DNA of 64,000 nt from an uncultured Verrucomicrobia subdivision 3 bacterium (GTDB lineage Bacteria; Verrucomicrobiota; Verrucomicrobiia; Limisphaerales; UBA11358). Shown piece by piece: positions 54,058-63,734 of this stretch. The stretch covers positions 994 to 64,993 of the forward strand of contig CAIZWI010000313.1 in NCBI GenBank assembly GCA_903936645.1, read 5' to 3'. Within the stretch, counting starts at the first letter, position 1, and every line of letters starts with the position of its first letter. The position numbers were made by a program, and so were the translations under genes. The notes under the pieces are model-generated. The model made no database searches. It had not been told where the DNA came from and worked only from the letters and a program-made list of their open reading frames with translations.

Positions 54058-57000
54058 TTGAAACGTTCACTCGTTCTGGGGTTTGTGGCCGGCAGTTTGC
54101 TTGCGCTGGTCGGATTATATTTCCTGCACCTTGCGGGATCCCGGTTGGAGGAGCCTGCCAAGCATCAGGCAGGCCAGGTGTCCCGGAAATTACCAGCCAG
54201 CACCAGGCTGGTGCCACCGTCCCTTACCCCGAAGACGCTGGGGACAACGGTCGCGACCAATAGTTTCGCCAGGGTACTTCCGAACACCGCCTTTGCGGAC
54301 TTTGCCCACTGGGCGGAACAATTTTCCGCGAACCATCCGGCCTTCAATCTTGGCCTGGGGGTCGAACTGGCCCGCCAACGCCGCGCGGCCATGCTGGCGT
54401 TGATTCAGACGGATCCCGCACGCGCCCTGTCACTGGCGGTGCCCTACGCCTGGCGGCAAAGCCTGCCACCGGCCGTCACCCAATATTTCGAAGAGCAGGT
54501 GGATGGTCGGGGGGCCTATAATGTGGCTGTGGGCACAGACTTTGCCAGTGGCACCACCACCACCTTTCGCCAGGTGCAACTCGGTGCCCGCACCTGGCAG
54601 GCGTATGTCTATGGCCGGCGGTTGGGTCAGGTTTCCCAGGCATCCATTTCCTTGCATGGCATCGCCTTGGCCGGCCAACTGGCCGTTTCCACCGATCCCT
54701 TGCGCGTCCTGACCGCTCCGGAGGCCGCCGCCTTGGACCCTCAGATTGCCCATCCGGCGGACGTCATATGTTCGGTTTCTGGCCAGGCCGCCAGCTCGCG
54801 GGGGGCACCGGTTTACGCCGAGAGCGGGGGCGGAGTATTGTGCTTTTGTGGCGAGGATCATTACCAGCTGGTCAATCAGCAATGGGCCCTGGCGGAAAGT
54901 GGCGGGTCCCTGGAATCCGGACCAGGTAGCTTTAATCCCATTGCGGTGGCCACGGCCAATAATGATGCCTGGACCCACGGTAACAAGACCGTGCTCTACA
55001 TGCGGTTGAATTTTCCCGACGATCTCACCGAGCCCATTTCAGCAGCGGACGCCTATACGGTCATGGACGGGGTAAACACCTATTATACGGAAAATTCTTA
55101 CAACCTGACCGCCCTGACCACCACGGTCACGCCCCTCATCACCCTGCCGCAAGTGAAGGCGTACTATGCCCAGGATCCCAGTTTATTGCTGGCGGATGCC
55201 CGGGCAGCGGCCCGGGCCGCCGGTTATGACACCGCCAATTATGATCGTGACATCGTCGCCTTCACGCCGGTGCCCTCCTATACCTTCGGCGGTCTGGCCT
55301 ATGTTCACGGCAAAGGGGTGTGGCTGCAAAGCATGGGCGTCGGGGTCACCGCCCATGAACTGGGACACAACTACGGACTCTGGCACGCTAATTTTTGGAA
55401 TACCCTCACCAATAACAGTGGCCTCGGCCCCGGGATAAATTTGGAATATGGCAATCCGTACGACACGATGGGTTCGGGTGGCGTCGCGGAATTTAACGTG
55501 GTGCATAAAAACATCCTCGACTGGATGAAAGCAGAGGCCGTGCAGAGTATTACCAGCAATGGGGTCTACCGGCTTTATCCGTTCGATGTGCCGGCGGCCG
55601 GCCGGGTGCCGGGGCGAATGTATGCGGCCGCGCTGTCCAAGGATGCCCTGCGGAATTACTGGCTGGAGTACCGGGAGCAGTTTCCCGCCAATCCCTGGCT
55701 GGTCAATGGCCTGATGGTTTATTGGTCGCCTTGGGAGCACAGCAATGGCGGCGCCCAGTTGGTGGATACCACCCCCGGTTCGGTAAATGCCAGGGACTCC
55801 GCCGGTCGCGAGGATGCCGCCGTGGTCATCGGCCGGACCTTTAATGATCCTGCGGCCGGGGTGCATCTCACCCCCTTGCAGCGCGGTCAGACCGGCACGG
55901 AGCCCTTCATTGATTATCAAATTTATCTCGGCTCCTTCACCAACGACCAACCCCCGCTGGCGACGGTCGAGGTGGATCAAACCAACGTTCCCCTGAACAC
56001 CCTGGTGCATTTCCATGCCACCGCGACGGATCCGGATGGCGATGCCCTGGCCTATAGCTGGACCTTCGACGATCTGACCTTTTCCACGAATAATCTCCCT
56101 TGGACTGCCAAAACCTTCACCACCCCGGGCGATCATTTGGTCCGATGTGTGGTGAGTGACATGAAAGGGGGCGAAACCAGCGCCAATGTCGTAGTCACCG
56201 TGGCCGCCAGTCGCGGCTTGCAAATCACTGGCTATGTCATCGATCCCGATGGCCTGCCCATTGCGGGAGTGCTCGTGGGCAACGGCGAACCCCAAATTAA
56301 ATCCTATGTCGGGGGTTACACCGATAGTAATGGGCGCTTCACCCTTGTAAATGCCGGGGGAGTGAGCAATTTGAATGCCTATAAATTTGGTTATGTCTTC
56401 TCCAATGCAGACAGCTGGTCCAATCCACTGACGGTCACGAATACATTGACGGACATTAATTTTACCGGCTTTCCGTTACCGCTGATAAGCGTGGCCACCG
56501 ACACCAACCGGGTGGTGGAAACCGACAGCGGTGCGCATCAATTCACCGTCACCCGCACTGGCAGCGTCAGCAATGACCTGACGGTGCAAATGAATTTGTC
56601 CGGGACCGCAGCGGACGGCACTGACTATTCCCTGACCCCGGACCTAAGCACGGCCAGCAGCATTATCATTCCTGCCGGCAGCCAGCAGGCGACCTTCCTT
56701 TTCCACGCCCGGGTAGACCCGCTGCTGCCCGGGTCGGTCACGACCACCCTGACCCTGCTGGAGGACACGAATATGGATAGTCCGTCCTACGTCCTCGGAC
56801 CACTGGCTGAAGCCACGATCCACCTTTTTAATGCCAATCCTGCGCCAAAGGATACGGTCGAAGTCGCGACCACCACTCCGGTGCTTGAGGAGAATGGGAG
56901 TGACACCGGACAGTTGGTCTTTAGCCGTTCAGGATCCACCCAAAATAATTTACTGGTTTATTACAGCGTCGGCGGCACCGCCGTGGCGGGGCTGAACTAC

Positions 57001-60000
57001 ACCCCCCTGCCCGGGGTCGTCCTCCTTCCCGCCGGTCAAAGCAGTACCACGGTGCCATTACTGCCACTGGATGATTTCCTGGTGGATGCCGACCAGACCG
57101 TCAACATCACGTTGACGCCCAATTCAGCTTACACCCTGGCCAGTTCGGCATCGGCGCAAGTCATCATTTTGAATTCGGATTACACCACCGTGACGGTGAC
57201 CACCACCAGCCCGCCCGCCGCCCAACCCACCACCCCGGGAACCTTTACCGTGCAGCGCAATGGTGACCTTACCCCAGCCCTGGTGGTGCATTATAACGTC
57301 GGCGGCACGGCCATCTCGGGCGTGGATTACCAGCCTTTAAGCGGCACGGTGACCATCCCGCCCGGGGCTGCCTCGACCGATATTACCCTGGTCCCCACTG
57401 GCGGAGTTTCCCTGGGCGGCAACCAGTCGGTGTCCATCATCCTGACCAACACGCCCAATTACGATGTTGGCGTGCCGGGCAGCGCGACATTAAGTATCCT
57501 GGATCAAACTCTCCCCACCGTCTCGGTAAAGGCAACCGGCGGTGACGTTTCGGAACAGGGAACCCAATTTGGTGAATTCACCTTTACCCGGACTGGCACC
57601 TCCGGGGATCTGCCCGTTTATTTTATCGTCAATGGGACTGCCGTCAGCGGGTTTAATTTCGCGCCGTTGCCCAGCCCGGTGATCATTCCCGATGGTTCCA
57701 GTTCGGTGGTCCTGGATGTCATCCCTTTTCAGGACTACATCCTGGAGGATACCCAAACCCTCGTCCTTACCCTGCAAGCCAGCCCCGGCTACAATCTGGG
57801 CACGCCAGCCAGTGCAGCAATGAATATTTTTGATGACGGCCTGAGCACCGAGCCCGGGGTCAGTTTTTGTTTCAGCGCCTCGGCTTATCCAGAAAGCACT
57901 TCCCCGGGCATCGCTGTGGTGTTGAGCACAAATTACCCCCAGACGGTTACCGTGGATTATCGCGTCATCGGCGGCACCGCCCCCCGTAGTCGTTATGCCC
58001 TGCCCCAGGGCACGCTGACGATTCAACCGGGCTCACAGGTGGCCTTTGTCCCGTTGAACATAATCAATGACAATAGCAATCAACCGGCGCAAACCGTGCA
58101 GGTGGCCTTGTTTAATCCCGTAAACGCCACGCTGGGCGGCATAAAAATCCACACCTATACCATCCTGAATGATGACGCGGCCACGATCAGTGTGACGGCC
58201 ACGGCTCCGGTGGCTTCCGAACCCGGACCGGTGAATGGCAATTTCCGCATCAGCCGCGTGGGGCCGACCAATGCGAGCGAACTAGTGACGTTCCAAATTA
58301 CCGGCTCGGCCAGCGCGCCCAATGATTATGCGGCCCTGGGAACATCGGCCAGCATTCCTGCGGGGGCTCAGTTTGTGGATTTGCCAGTGATCCCCGTGAA
58401 CAACCATTTGTTGCTGGCCACCCAGACCGTGTTCCTGACCCTGATCAGCGCCACCAACGGCACCGTGGGGTCCCCGGCCACAGCCACCGTGACCCTAATT
58501 GATCATTATACGAATAATGTGCCGAATGTGAACGTGACCGCCACGAATCACCCGTATGCCTACACGGCCGGCGGCAACGGCCAGTTTTTATTTACTCGCA
58601 CCGGCCCGGCGACCAACGCCCTCAAAGTTTCGTTTACTATCAGCGGCACGGCCACCGGCGGGGTGAATTATGTGACCTTCACCAACGGGGTGACCATTCC
58701 AGCCGGACAAACCAACGCGACCGTCAACGTGGTGCCGCTGGATGACCATCAAGTGGACGGGGAACGCACCGTGATCGTCACCCTGCTGGAGGATGGCACT
58801 TACCATGCCGATTATCCCTCCGCGGCCACCGTAACGGTTCAGGACGATGAACAGACGGTATGGCTGGATGCCAGTGATTTCACAGCCGCCAAACCGGGGG
58901 TCGACACCGGCCAGTTTACCTTCTCGCGGGTTGGCACCACCAATGCGCCGGTGACGGTCTGGTACACCATCGGCGGCACCGCCAAAAATGGTGCCGAATA
59001 TGTGTTGATTACCAATTCCATTGTGATTCCGGCGGGACAATTTTTTGTCACCCTCCCGGTGCAGCCGATTCAGGACCATTTGGTGGAAGGTCCCAAAACG
59101 GTGGTGTTAACCTTGCTGCCGAATCCCAGTTATTTCCTCGGCTTGCCCACCACCGGCACGGTAACCATTAACGATGACCAGCCCATGCTCACCATCGCAG
59201 CCCTCACACCCACGGTGCAAGTCGATGGCGCCACGAATGGGGTGTTCCGGCTGAGCCGCACGGGTGATCCCAAATATGAAGTTATGGCTTATCTGGTCGT
59301 GGGGGGCACCGCCGTTTATGGGGTGGATTACTCTGCGTTTGCCACCAATGTTTACTTTACCTGCGGCGTAACTTCGATTGACCTGACCTTTAGCGCGACC
59401 AATCATTTTACCCCGGCGGGAAGCCAAAGTCTGAACGCCAGTTTGGTTACCAATGCCGCCTATACCATCCTTGCCCCCAGTAATGCGGTCATCACCCTGG
59501 ACTCAGTTGGGCCGGGCCAGCGTCCCCTGGTCACCATCACCAACCCCCTGAATAACGTGGCTTTTTTGGTGGGTACCCATGTGGGGCTCGTGCTTCAGGG
59601 TTCGGTGGTGGATGACAGTCCGTCCAACTCAGTGGTGTGGTCGGAAGTCAGCGGCCCCTCCACGCTACAATTCGAAAACACCAACTCCCTGGATACCACC
59701 GTCCTGTTTAGCGAGGCGGGCGTTTATGTTTTGGAACTCATGGCAACCAACGGAGTATTTACGGGCTCCGCCGAATTGACGGTCATTGTCGGGGCCGATC
59801 AACTCGGTCTTACCAACTCCCTGCACTGGCCCTTCGACGACGGCACCGGCACCAATGCCGCTGACACCTCGGGGAATGGACGCAACGGCAGCTTTTCCGG
59901 GAACCCCAGTTGGACCACCAACGGCATCCTGGGCGACGCGCTCACGTTTGCGGGTACCAATGACTGGGTGCGCGAGGCCCCGGCCGATCAATTCCTTAAT

Positions 60001-61521
60001 GGACTCAAAGCATTTACGGTTTCACTCTGGGTCAAACCGGCGACCAACTACGTCAACCGGGGTATTCTGGCCGCCGATGACGCGAATGGAAATCCCACGT
60101 TCAGCCTGTCCACCCGGGCGACCGCTTATTGCGGCACGCAAACCAATTTAGTCGAAGTCGTCATCCCCACCACCCAGGGAGCGATTTATCATGACAGTGC
60201 CAGCGGTGTGCTGACACCCAATCAATGGCAGAATATTGCGGTCACCTGGACCAATGGCGGGGCGCCCAAGTTATATTTCAATGGCCAGCTGGACCAACCC
60301 GCGGCAGGTTTCGTTGGTCAGTCCGGGGTCATGACAAATTGCCCGCAATGGATCGTCGGCCGGGGGGCAAGTAATAGTCCGGCCGCCTGGAACGGTTCGG
60401 TGGACGAGGTGCAAGTCTTTCCCCTGGCACTGGAGCCGAATCAAATAATCGCCCTGGCCGAAAATCCGCTAACCAATCATGGCCCCGTGGTCTCGGCGGG
60501 GGCGAATGTGGAAGTTCAAATTGGCATCCCGGTCACCCTGACCGGCACGGTTTCCGATGATGGCCTGCCCCTTCCACCGGGGCAGGTGGTGACGGAATGG
60601 CTGTACCTCGGCACGAATAATGTGGTGATCCCGGACGCTGGCAGCCTGACCAACACCCTGGTTTTTACAATCCCGGGCGATTACCGCTTCCGGTTGACCG
60701 CGAATGACGGGCAGATTACCACCTTCTCGGATGTGACGGTGACTGTGCTGGAACCCACCCAGGTCAGCATCACAGCCGATATTGGCCAGGCGGCGGACAT
60801 GGGACCGGTACTGGGCGAATACACCGTAACTCGCACCGGGGACTCTAAAGAGTTGACCGTTTACCTTGGTTTTTCCGGCACCGCCAGCAACGGGGTTAAT
60901 TACGTCACCATTACCAATGCCATAACCTTTCCCGCAGGCAGCAATTCTGTGGTCATTCCGCTTACCCCCATTCTGGAATACAACATCAAGGGCGATCAAA
61001 CTGCGGTGGCCACGGTGCTGACAAATATCGCCTACACCGTGGTTGGTGGTCCCGCGACCATTACCATCAAGGATTCACCCTACGGCTATTGGAGCATCGC
61101 CAACTTCAGTCTGGAGGAGCTGACCTTCCCCAAAATCAGCGGTGCGGGCGCTGATTTTGATCACGACGGGCTGGTGAACTTCGTCGAATATGCGTTTAAT
61201 CAGGACCCCCGCAACCCGAGTCCCAATCCGGCTTTCCAATACGGCTTTGAAGTAAATACCAACGACGGTCTGGCCCACTTCACCCTCACCTATACCCGTT
61301 TGTTGCCGCCCCGGGTCGTGGCGTACGGCGTGTTTGTATCCGCGGATCTGCTCACTTGGAACACCGGGACCAATGTCGTGCAGGAACTCTATGCCACCAA
61401 TAATGGCGATGGCTTGACGGAAACCGTCAAGGCCCAAGTGCTGGCCCCGGTGTCCCATACCAATAATTTCTTCACCACCATCCGGGTCTGGCTCGCCCAG
61501 GTTCCCACGGACTCGCCGTAA
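54058..61521 (+). CDS. giant membrane-anchored metzincin (gametolysin/M11-like) with PKD, CarboxypepD_reg-like, ~10 Calx-beta, Ig-like and LamG domains
   Basis: Open frame runs from 53965. The TTG 54058 start gives MKRSLVLGFVAGSLLALVGLYFL (signal anchor); TTG 53965 and GVG-free GTG 54085 are alternative starts. Zinc site VTAHELGHNYGLWH. Repeated (F/Y)T(F/V)(T/S)RTG...GGTA..G.DY modules. Confidence 0.85.
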   Translation: MKRSLVLGFVAGSLLALVGLYFLHLAGSRLEEPAKHQAGQVSRKLPASTRLVPPSLTPKTLGTTVATNSFARVLPNTAFADFAHWAEQFSANHPAFNLGLGVELARQRRAAMLALIQTDPARALSLAVPYAWRQSLPPAVTQYFEEQVDGRGAYNVAVGTDFASGTTTTFRQVQLGARTWQAYVYGRRLGQVSQASISLHGIALAGQLAVSTDPLRVLTAPEAAALDPQIAHPADVICSVSGQAASSRGAPVYAESGGGVLCFCGEDHYQLVNQQWALAESGGSLESGPGSFNPIAVATANNDAWTHGNKTVLYMRLNFPDDLTEPISAADAYTVMDGVNTYYTENSYNLTALTTTVTPLITLPQVKAYYAQDPSLLLADARAAARAAGYDTANYDRDIVAFTPVPSYTFGGLAYVHGKGVWLQSMGVGVTAHELGHNYGLWHANFWNTLTNNSGLGPGINLEYGNPYDTMGSGGVAEFNVVHKNILDWMKAEAVQSITSNGVYRLYPFDVPAAGRVPGRMYAAALSKDALRNYWLEYREQFPANPWLVNGLMVYWSPWEHSNGGAQLVDTTPGSVNARDSAGREDAAVVIGRTFNDPAAGVHLTPLQRGQTGTEPFIDYQIYLGSFTNDQPPLATVEVDQTNVPLNTLVHFHATATDPDGDALAYSWTFDDLTFSTNNLPWTAKTFTTPGDHLVRCVVSDMKGGETSANVVVTVAASRGLQITGYVIDPDGLPIAGVLVGNGEPQIKSYVGGYTDSNGRFTLVNAGGVSNLNAYKFGYVFSNADSWSNPLTVTNTLTDINFTGFPLPLISVATDTNRVVETDSGAHQFTVTRTGSVSNDLTVQMNLSGTAADGTDYSLTPDLSTASSIIIPAGSQQATFLFHARVDPLLPGSVTTTLTLLEDTNMDSPSYVLGPLAEATIHLFNANPAPKDTVEVATTTPVLEENGSDTGQLVFSRSGSTQNNLLVYYSVGGTAVAGLNYTPLPGVVLLPAGQSSTTVPLLPLDDFLVDADQTVNITLTPNSAYTLASSASAQVIILNSDYTTVTVTTTSPPAAQPTTPGTFTVQRNGDLTPALVVHYNVGGTAISGVDYQPLSGTVTIPPGAASTDITLVPTGGVSLGGNQSVSIILTNTPNYDVGVPGSATLSILDQTLPTVSVKATGGDVSEQGTQFGEFTFTRTGTSGDLPVYFIVNGTAVSGFNFAPLPSPVIIPDGSSSVVLDVIPFQDYILEDTQTLVLTLQASPGYNLGTPASAAMNIFDDGLSTEPGVSFCFSASAYPESTSPGIAVVLSTNYPQTVTVDYRVIGGTAPRSRYALPQGTLTIQPGSQVAFVPLNIINDNSNQPAQTVQVALFNPVNATLGGIKIHTYTILNDDAATISVTATAPVASEPGPVNGNFRISRVGPTNASELVTFQITGSASAPNDYAALGTSASIPAGAQFVDLPVIPVNNHLLLATQTVFLTLISATNGTVGSPATATVTLIDHYTNNVPNVNVTATNHPYAYTAGGNGQFLFTRTGPATNALKVSFTISGTATGGVNYVTFTNGVTIPAGQTNATVNVVPLDDHQVDGERTVIVTLLEDGTYHADYPSAATVTVQDDEQTVWLDASDFTAAKPGVDTGQFTFSRVGTTNAPVTVWYTIGGTAKNGAEYVLITNSIVIPAGQFFVTLPVQPIQDHLVEGPKTVVLTLLPNPSYFLGLPTTGTVTINDDQPMLTIAALTPTVQVDGATNGVFRLSRTGDPKYEVMAYLVVGGTAVYGVDYSAFATNVYFTCGVTSIDLTFSATNHFTPAGSQSLNASLVTNAAYTILAPSNAVITLDSVGPGQRPLVTITNPLNNVAFLVGTHVGLVLQGSVVDDSPSNSVVWSEVSGPSTLQFENTNSLDTTVLFSEAGVYVLELMATNGVFTGSAELTVIVGADQLGLTNSLHWPFDDGTGTNAADTSGNGRNGSFSGNPSWTTNGILGDALTFAGTNDWVREAPADQFLNGLKAFTVSLWVKPATNYVNRGILAADDANGNPTFSLSTRATAYCGTQTNLVEVVIPTTQGAIYHDSASGVLTPNQWQNIAVTWTNGGAPKLYFNGQLDQPAAGFVGQSGVMTNCPQWIVGRGASNSPAAWNGSVDEVQVFPLALEPNQIIALAENPLTNHGPVVSAGANVEVQIGIPVTLTGTVSDDGLPLPPGQVVTEWLYLGTNNVVIPDAGSLTNTLVFTIPGDYRFRLTANDGQITTFSDVTVTVLEPTQVSITADIGQAADMGPVLGEYTVTRTGDSKELTVYLGFSGTASNGVNYVTITNAITFPAGSNSVVIPLTPILEYNIKGDQTAVATVLTNIAYTVVGGPATITIKDSPYGYWSIANFSLEELTFPKISGAGADFDHDGLVNFVEYAFNQDPRNPSPNPAFQYGFEVNTNDGLAHFTLTYTRLLPPRVVAYGVFVSADLLTWNTGTNVVQELYATNNGDGLTETVKAQVLAPVSHTNNFFTTIRVWLAQVPTDSP
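55354..55386 (+). other. zinc-binding motif HELGHNYGLWH (HExxHxxGxxH) of the giant protein
   Basis: Direct translation of cat gaa ctg gga cac aac tac gga ctc tgg cac. Confidence 0.85.
56470..59505 (+). repeat. array of nine consecutive Calx-beta-like modules (coding repeat, ~110-115 codons each)
   Basis: Recurring protein motifs include HQFTVTRTGS..LSGTAADGTDY, LVFSRSGS..VGGTAVAGLNY and FTVQRNGD..VGGTAISGVDY. Also FTFTRTGT..VNGTAVSGFNF, FRISRVGP, FLFTRTGP..ISGTATGGVNY, FTFSRVGT..IGGTAKNGAEY and FRLSRTGD..VGGTAVYGVDY. Short conserved DNA cores such as ggcggcaccgcc recur. Confidence 0.75.
59800..60440 (+). other. LamG / concanavalin-A-like lectin domain of the giant protein
   Basis: LHWPFDDGTGTNAADTSGNGRNGSFSG...ALTFAG...FTVSLWVKP...WQNIAVTW...LYFNGQL...GSVDEVQVF is the typical Laminin_G_3 pattern. 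Confidence 0.7.
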
Positions 61522-61684
61522 CTGTCCGCCTTGGCCGGCCACCCACCCCCTGGCAAAGCCGGGTCAATGTTTGCCAAGTTACGACCAGCCAGGCTTGCCG
61601 CGGCGTGTTATCTCATGTTTTAATGATTAATCCCGCTTCTATATTTCGTTGTATGGAACATATTTTTTAATAAACAAACCACGT

Positions 61685-63379
61685 ATGAAACCAATAATCA
61701 ATCACTCGGGTCTGGCGCTGCCCGTCAAAGGCGTGGACTGGTTGCATAATCCCATTTTCAACAAAGGCACCGCCTTCACCGACGCGGAACGGGACGTGCT
61801 TGGTTTGCGGGGACTCCTGCCGCCCCACGTGCATACGATGGAAGAGCAGGTGCTGCGCGTGATGGCCAACTTCCGCAGCAAGCCGAATAATTTGGAGCGC
61901 TATGTGCAGATGGTCAGCTTGCAGGATCGCAACGAAACGTTGTTTTACCGGGTGGTGACGGAACACTTGGAGGAAATGCTACCCATCATTTACACCCCCA
62001 CTGTGGGCAAGGCCTGCCAGGAATATGGTTATATCTTCCGCCGCTCCCGTGGTTTCTATCTCAGTAGTGAGGATCGTGGACGCATGGCCCAGGTGCTGCG
62101 CAACTGGCCGGTGCCCGACGTGCGGGTCATTGTCGTCACCGACGGGGAGCGCATTCTGGGGCTGGGCGATCTGGGGGCCTACGGCATGGGCATTCCAGTC
62201 GGCAAGCTCTCCCTCTACACCGCTTGCGCGGGCATTAATCCCGTGCAATGCCTGCCCATCACCATCGACGTGGGCACCGAAAATGAAGCTCTGCTCAAAG
62301 ATCCTTTGTACACCGGCCTCCGGCAGAAGCGCGTTCGCGGAGCCGAATACGATGCCCTGCTGGAGGAATTTATGACGGCCGCCCAACAAGTCTTTCCCGG
62401 CGTGCTTATCCAGTTTGAAGATTTTGGCAATCACAATGCCTTCCGCCTGCTGGAGCGCTATCGCGACCAGGCCTGCACCTTCAATGATGATATTCAAGGC
62501 ACCGGAGCAGTCGCCCTGGCGGGCGTGCTCTCCGCCTTGCGCCTGTCCGGCGGCAAACTCGCCGACCAGCGGGTCCTGTTTTTTGGCGCTGGCGAAGCCG
62601 GCCTGGGCATTGCCAATCAAATTGCCGCCGTTTTGGTCGCCGAAGGACTTCCCCTCGCCGAGGCGCGCAAACGTTGCTGGTTTGTGGATTCCAAGGGCCT
62701 CATTGTGCATGGCCGGGAATTTCTCACGGCCAATAAATTACCCTACGCGCATGCTCATGAAAGCTGCCCGGACCTCCTCGCTGCCGTCAATTCCATCCGC
62801 CCCACGATGCTGATCGGCGTGTCCGGCCAGCCGCGTACCTTTACCAAGGAAGTCATTCAACCACTCACCCAGTATAGCCCGCGCCCCGTGGTGTTCGCCT
62901 TGTCCAACCCAACCTCCAAGGCGGAGTGCACCGCCGAGGAGGCCTACACATGGACGGAAGGACGCGCCATTTTTGCCAGCGGCAGCCCGTTCGAACCAGT
63001 GACCCTGGCCGGTCGCACCCACGTGCCCGGGCAGGGCAATAATGTTTACATTTTCCCGGGGGTTGGACTCGGCGTGGTCGCCACCGGCGCGCGAAGAGTA
63101 ACCGATGCCATGTTCATCCGCGCGGCGCGCACCCTCGCCTCCTTGGTGCGTGAAAATGAGCTGGCCGAAGGACGGGTGTATCCGACCCTGACGCGCATCC
63201 ATGAAGTTTCCCTGGCGATTGCCGTGGCGGTGGCGGAGGAAATTTACTCCGCCAGGCTGGCCACTCTGCCGCGCCCAGCGGATTTGGTCGGACACATCCA
63301 AGCCCAAATGTTCAAACCGGAGTATCCAGATTATTGCCCGCACGGCATTCCACAAATGACCCTCACCCCGGCCGGATAA
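61685..63379 (+). CDS. maeA: NAD(P)-dependent malic enzyme (oxaloacetate-decarboxylating)
   Basis: NPIFNKGTAFTDAERD, IYTPTVG, VTDGERILGLGDLG, FEDF, FNDDIQGT and GAGEAG motifs. ATG 61685. Confidence 0.92.
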   Translation: MKPIINHSGLALPVKGVDWLHNPIFNKGTAFTDAERDVLGLRGLLPPHVHTMEEQVLRVMANFRSKPNNLERYVQMVSLQDRNETLFYRVVTEHLEEMLPIIYTPTVGKACQEYGYIFRRSRGFYLSSEDRGRMAQVLRNWPVPDVRVIVVTDGERILGLGDLGAYGMGIPVGKLSLYTACAGINPVQCLPITIDVGTENEALLKDPLYTGLRQKRVRGAEYDALLEEFMTAAQQVFPGVLIQFEDFGNHNAFRLLERYRDQACTFNDDIQGTGAVALAGVLSALRLSGGKLADQRVLFFGAGEAGLGIANQIAAVLVAEGLPLAEARKRCWFVDSKGLIVHGREFLTANKLPYAHAHESCPDLLAAVNSIRPTMLIGVSGQPRTFTKEVIQPLTQYSPRPVVFALSNPTSKAECTAEEAYTWTEGRAIFASGSPFEPVTLAGRTHVPGQGNNVYIFPGVGLGVVATGARRVTDAMFIRAARTLASLVRENELAEGRVYPTLTRIHEVSLAIAVAVAEEIYSARLATLPRPADLVGHIQAQMFKPEYPDYCPHGIPQMTLTPAG

Positions 63380-63705
63380 TTTGCCCGTCACATCAAACCT
63401 CGGTATGGTGGCTGCTCAATCATCCGCCGGCCGGGGCGCTTGCTTTCAACATTTGGCGTTTAAGGCAAAAACGGTTATTGCCCCACTGCCAGGACATCTA
63501 AAACCCTTGACCATCAAATCCACCCTGCCCCCAACGGTTGCCGGGCAACCGATTAGTGCCGGTGGCGGCCGGGGGTGCTGGTGGCGCAGGCGCTGAACCG
63601 ACCGGCCCCGTTTTACGGGCCGCCACCAAGCGCTCAAAAAATGTCCGGGGATGCGCAATAGAAATTGCCATGCCACGGGCTTAGCTGCCATCCTTAACGC
63701 AATGC

Positions 63706-63721
63706 CGCACGGAACCGTGCG
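63706..63721. promoter_or_regulatory. perfect 16-nt palindrome CGCACGGAACCGTGCG 13 nt upstream of the kinase start
   Basis: CGCACGG (63706-12), AA, CCGTGCG (63715-21). Confidence 0.3.
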
Positions 63722-63734
63722 TTGAAACAATAAC

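Noticed and set aside
55183-56295. 370-aa minus-strand ORF, and several other minus-strand ORFs inside 54-61.5 kb
   Set aside because: They are antisense to the giant Calx-beta/metzincin gene and have shadow-frame composition.
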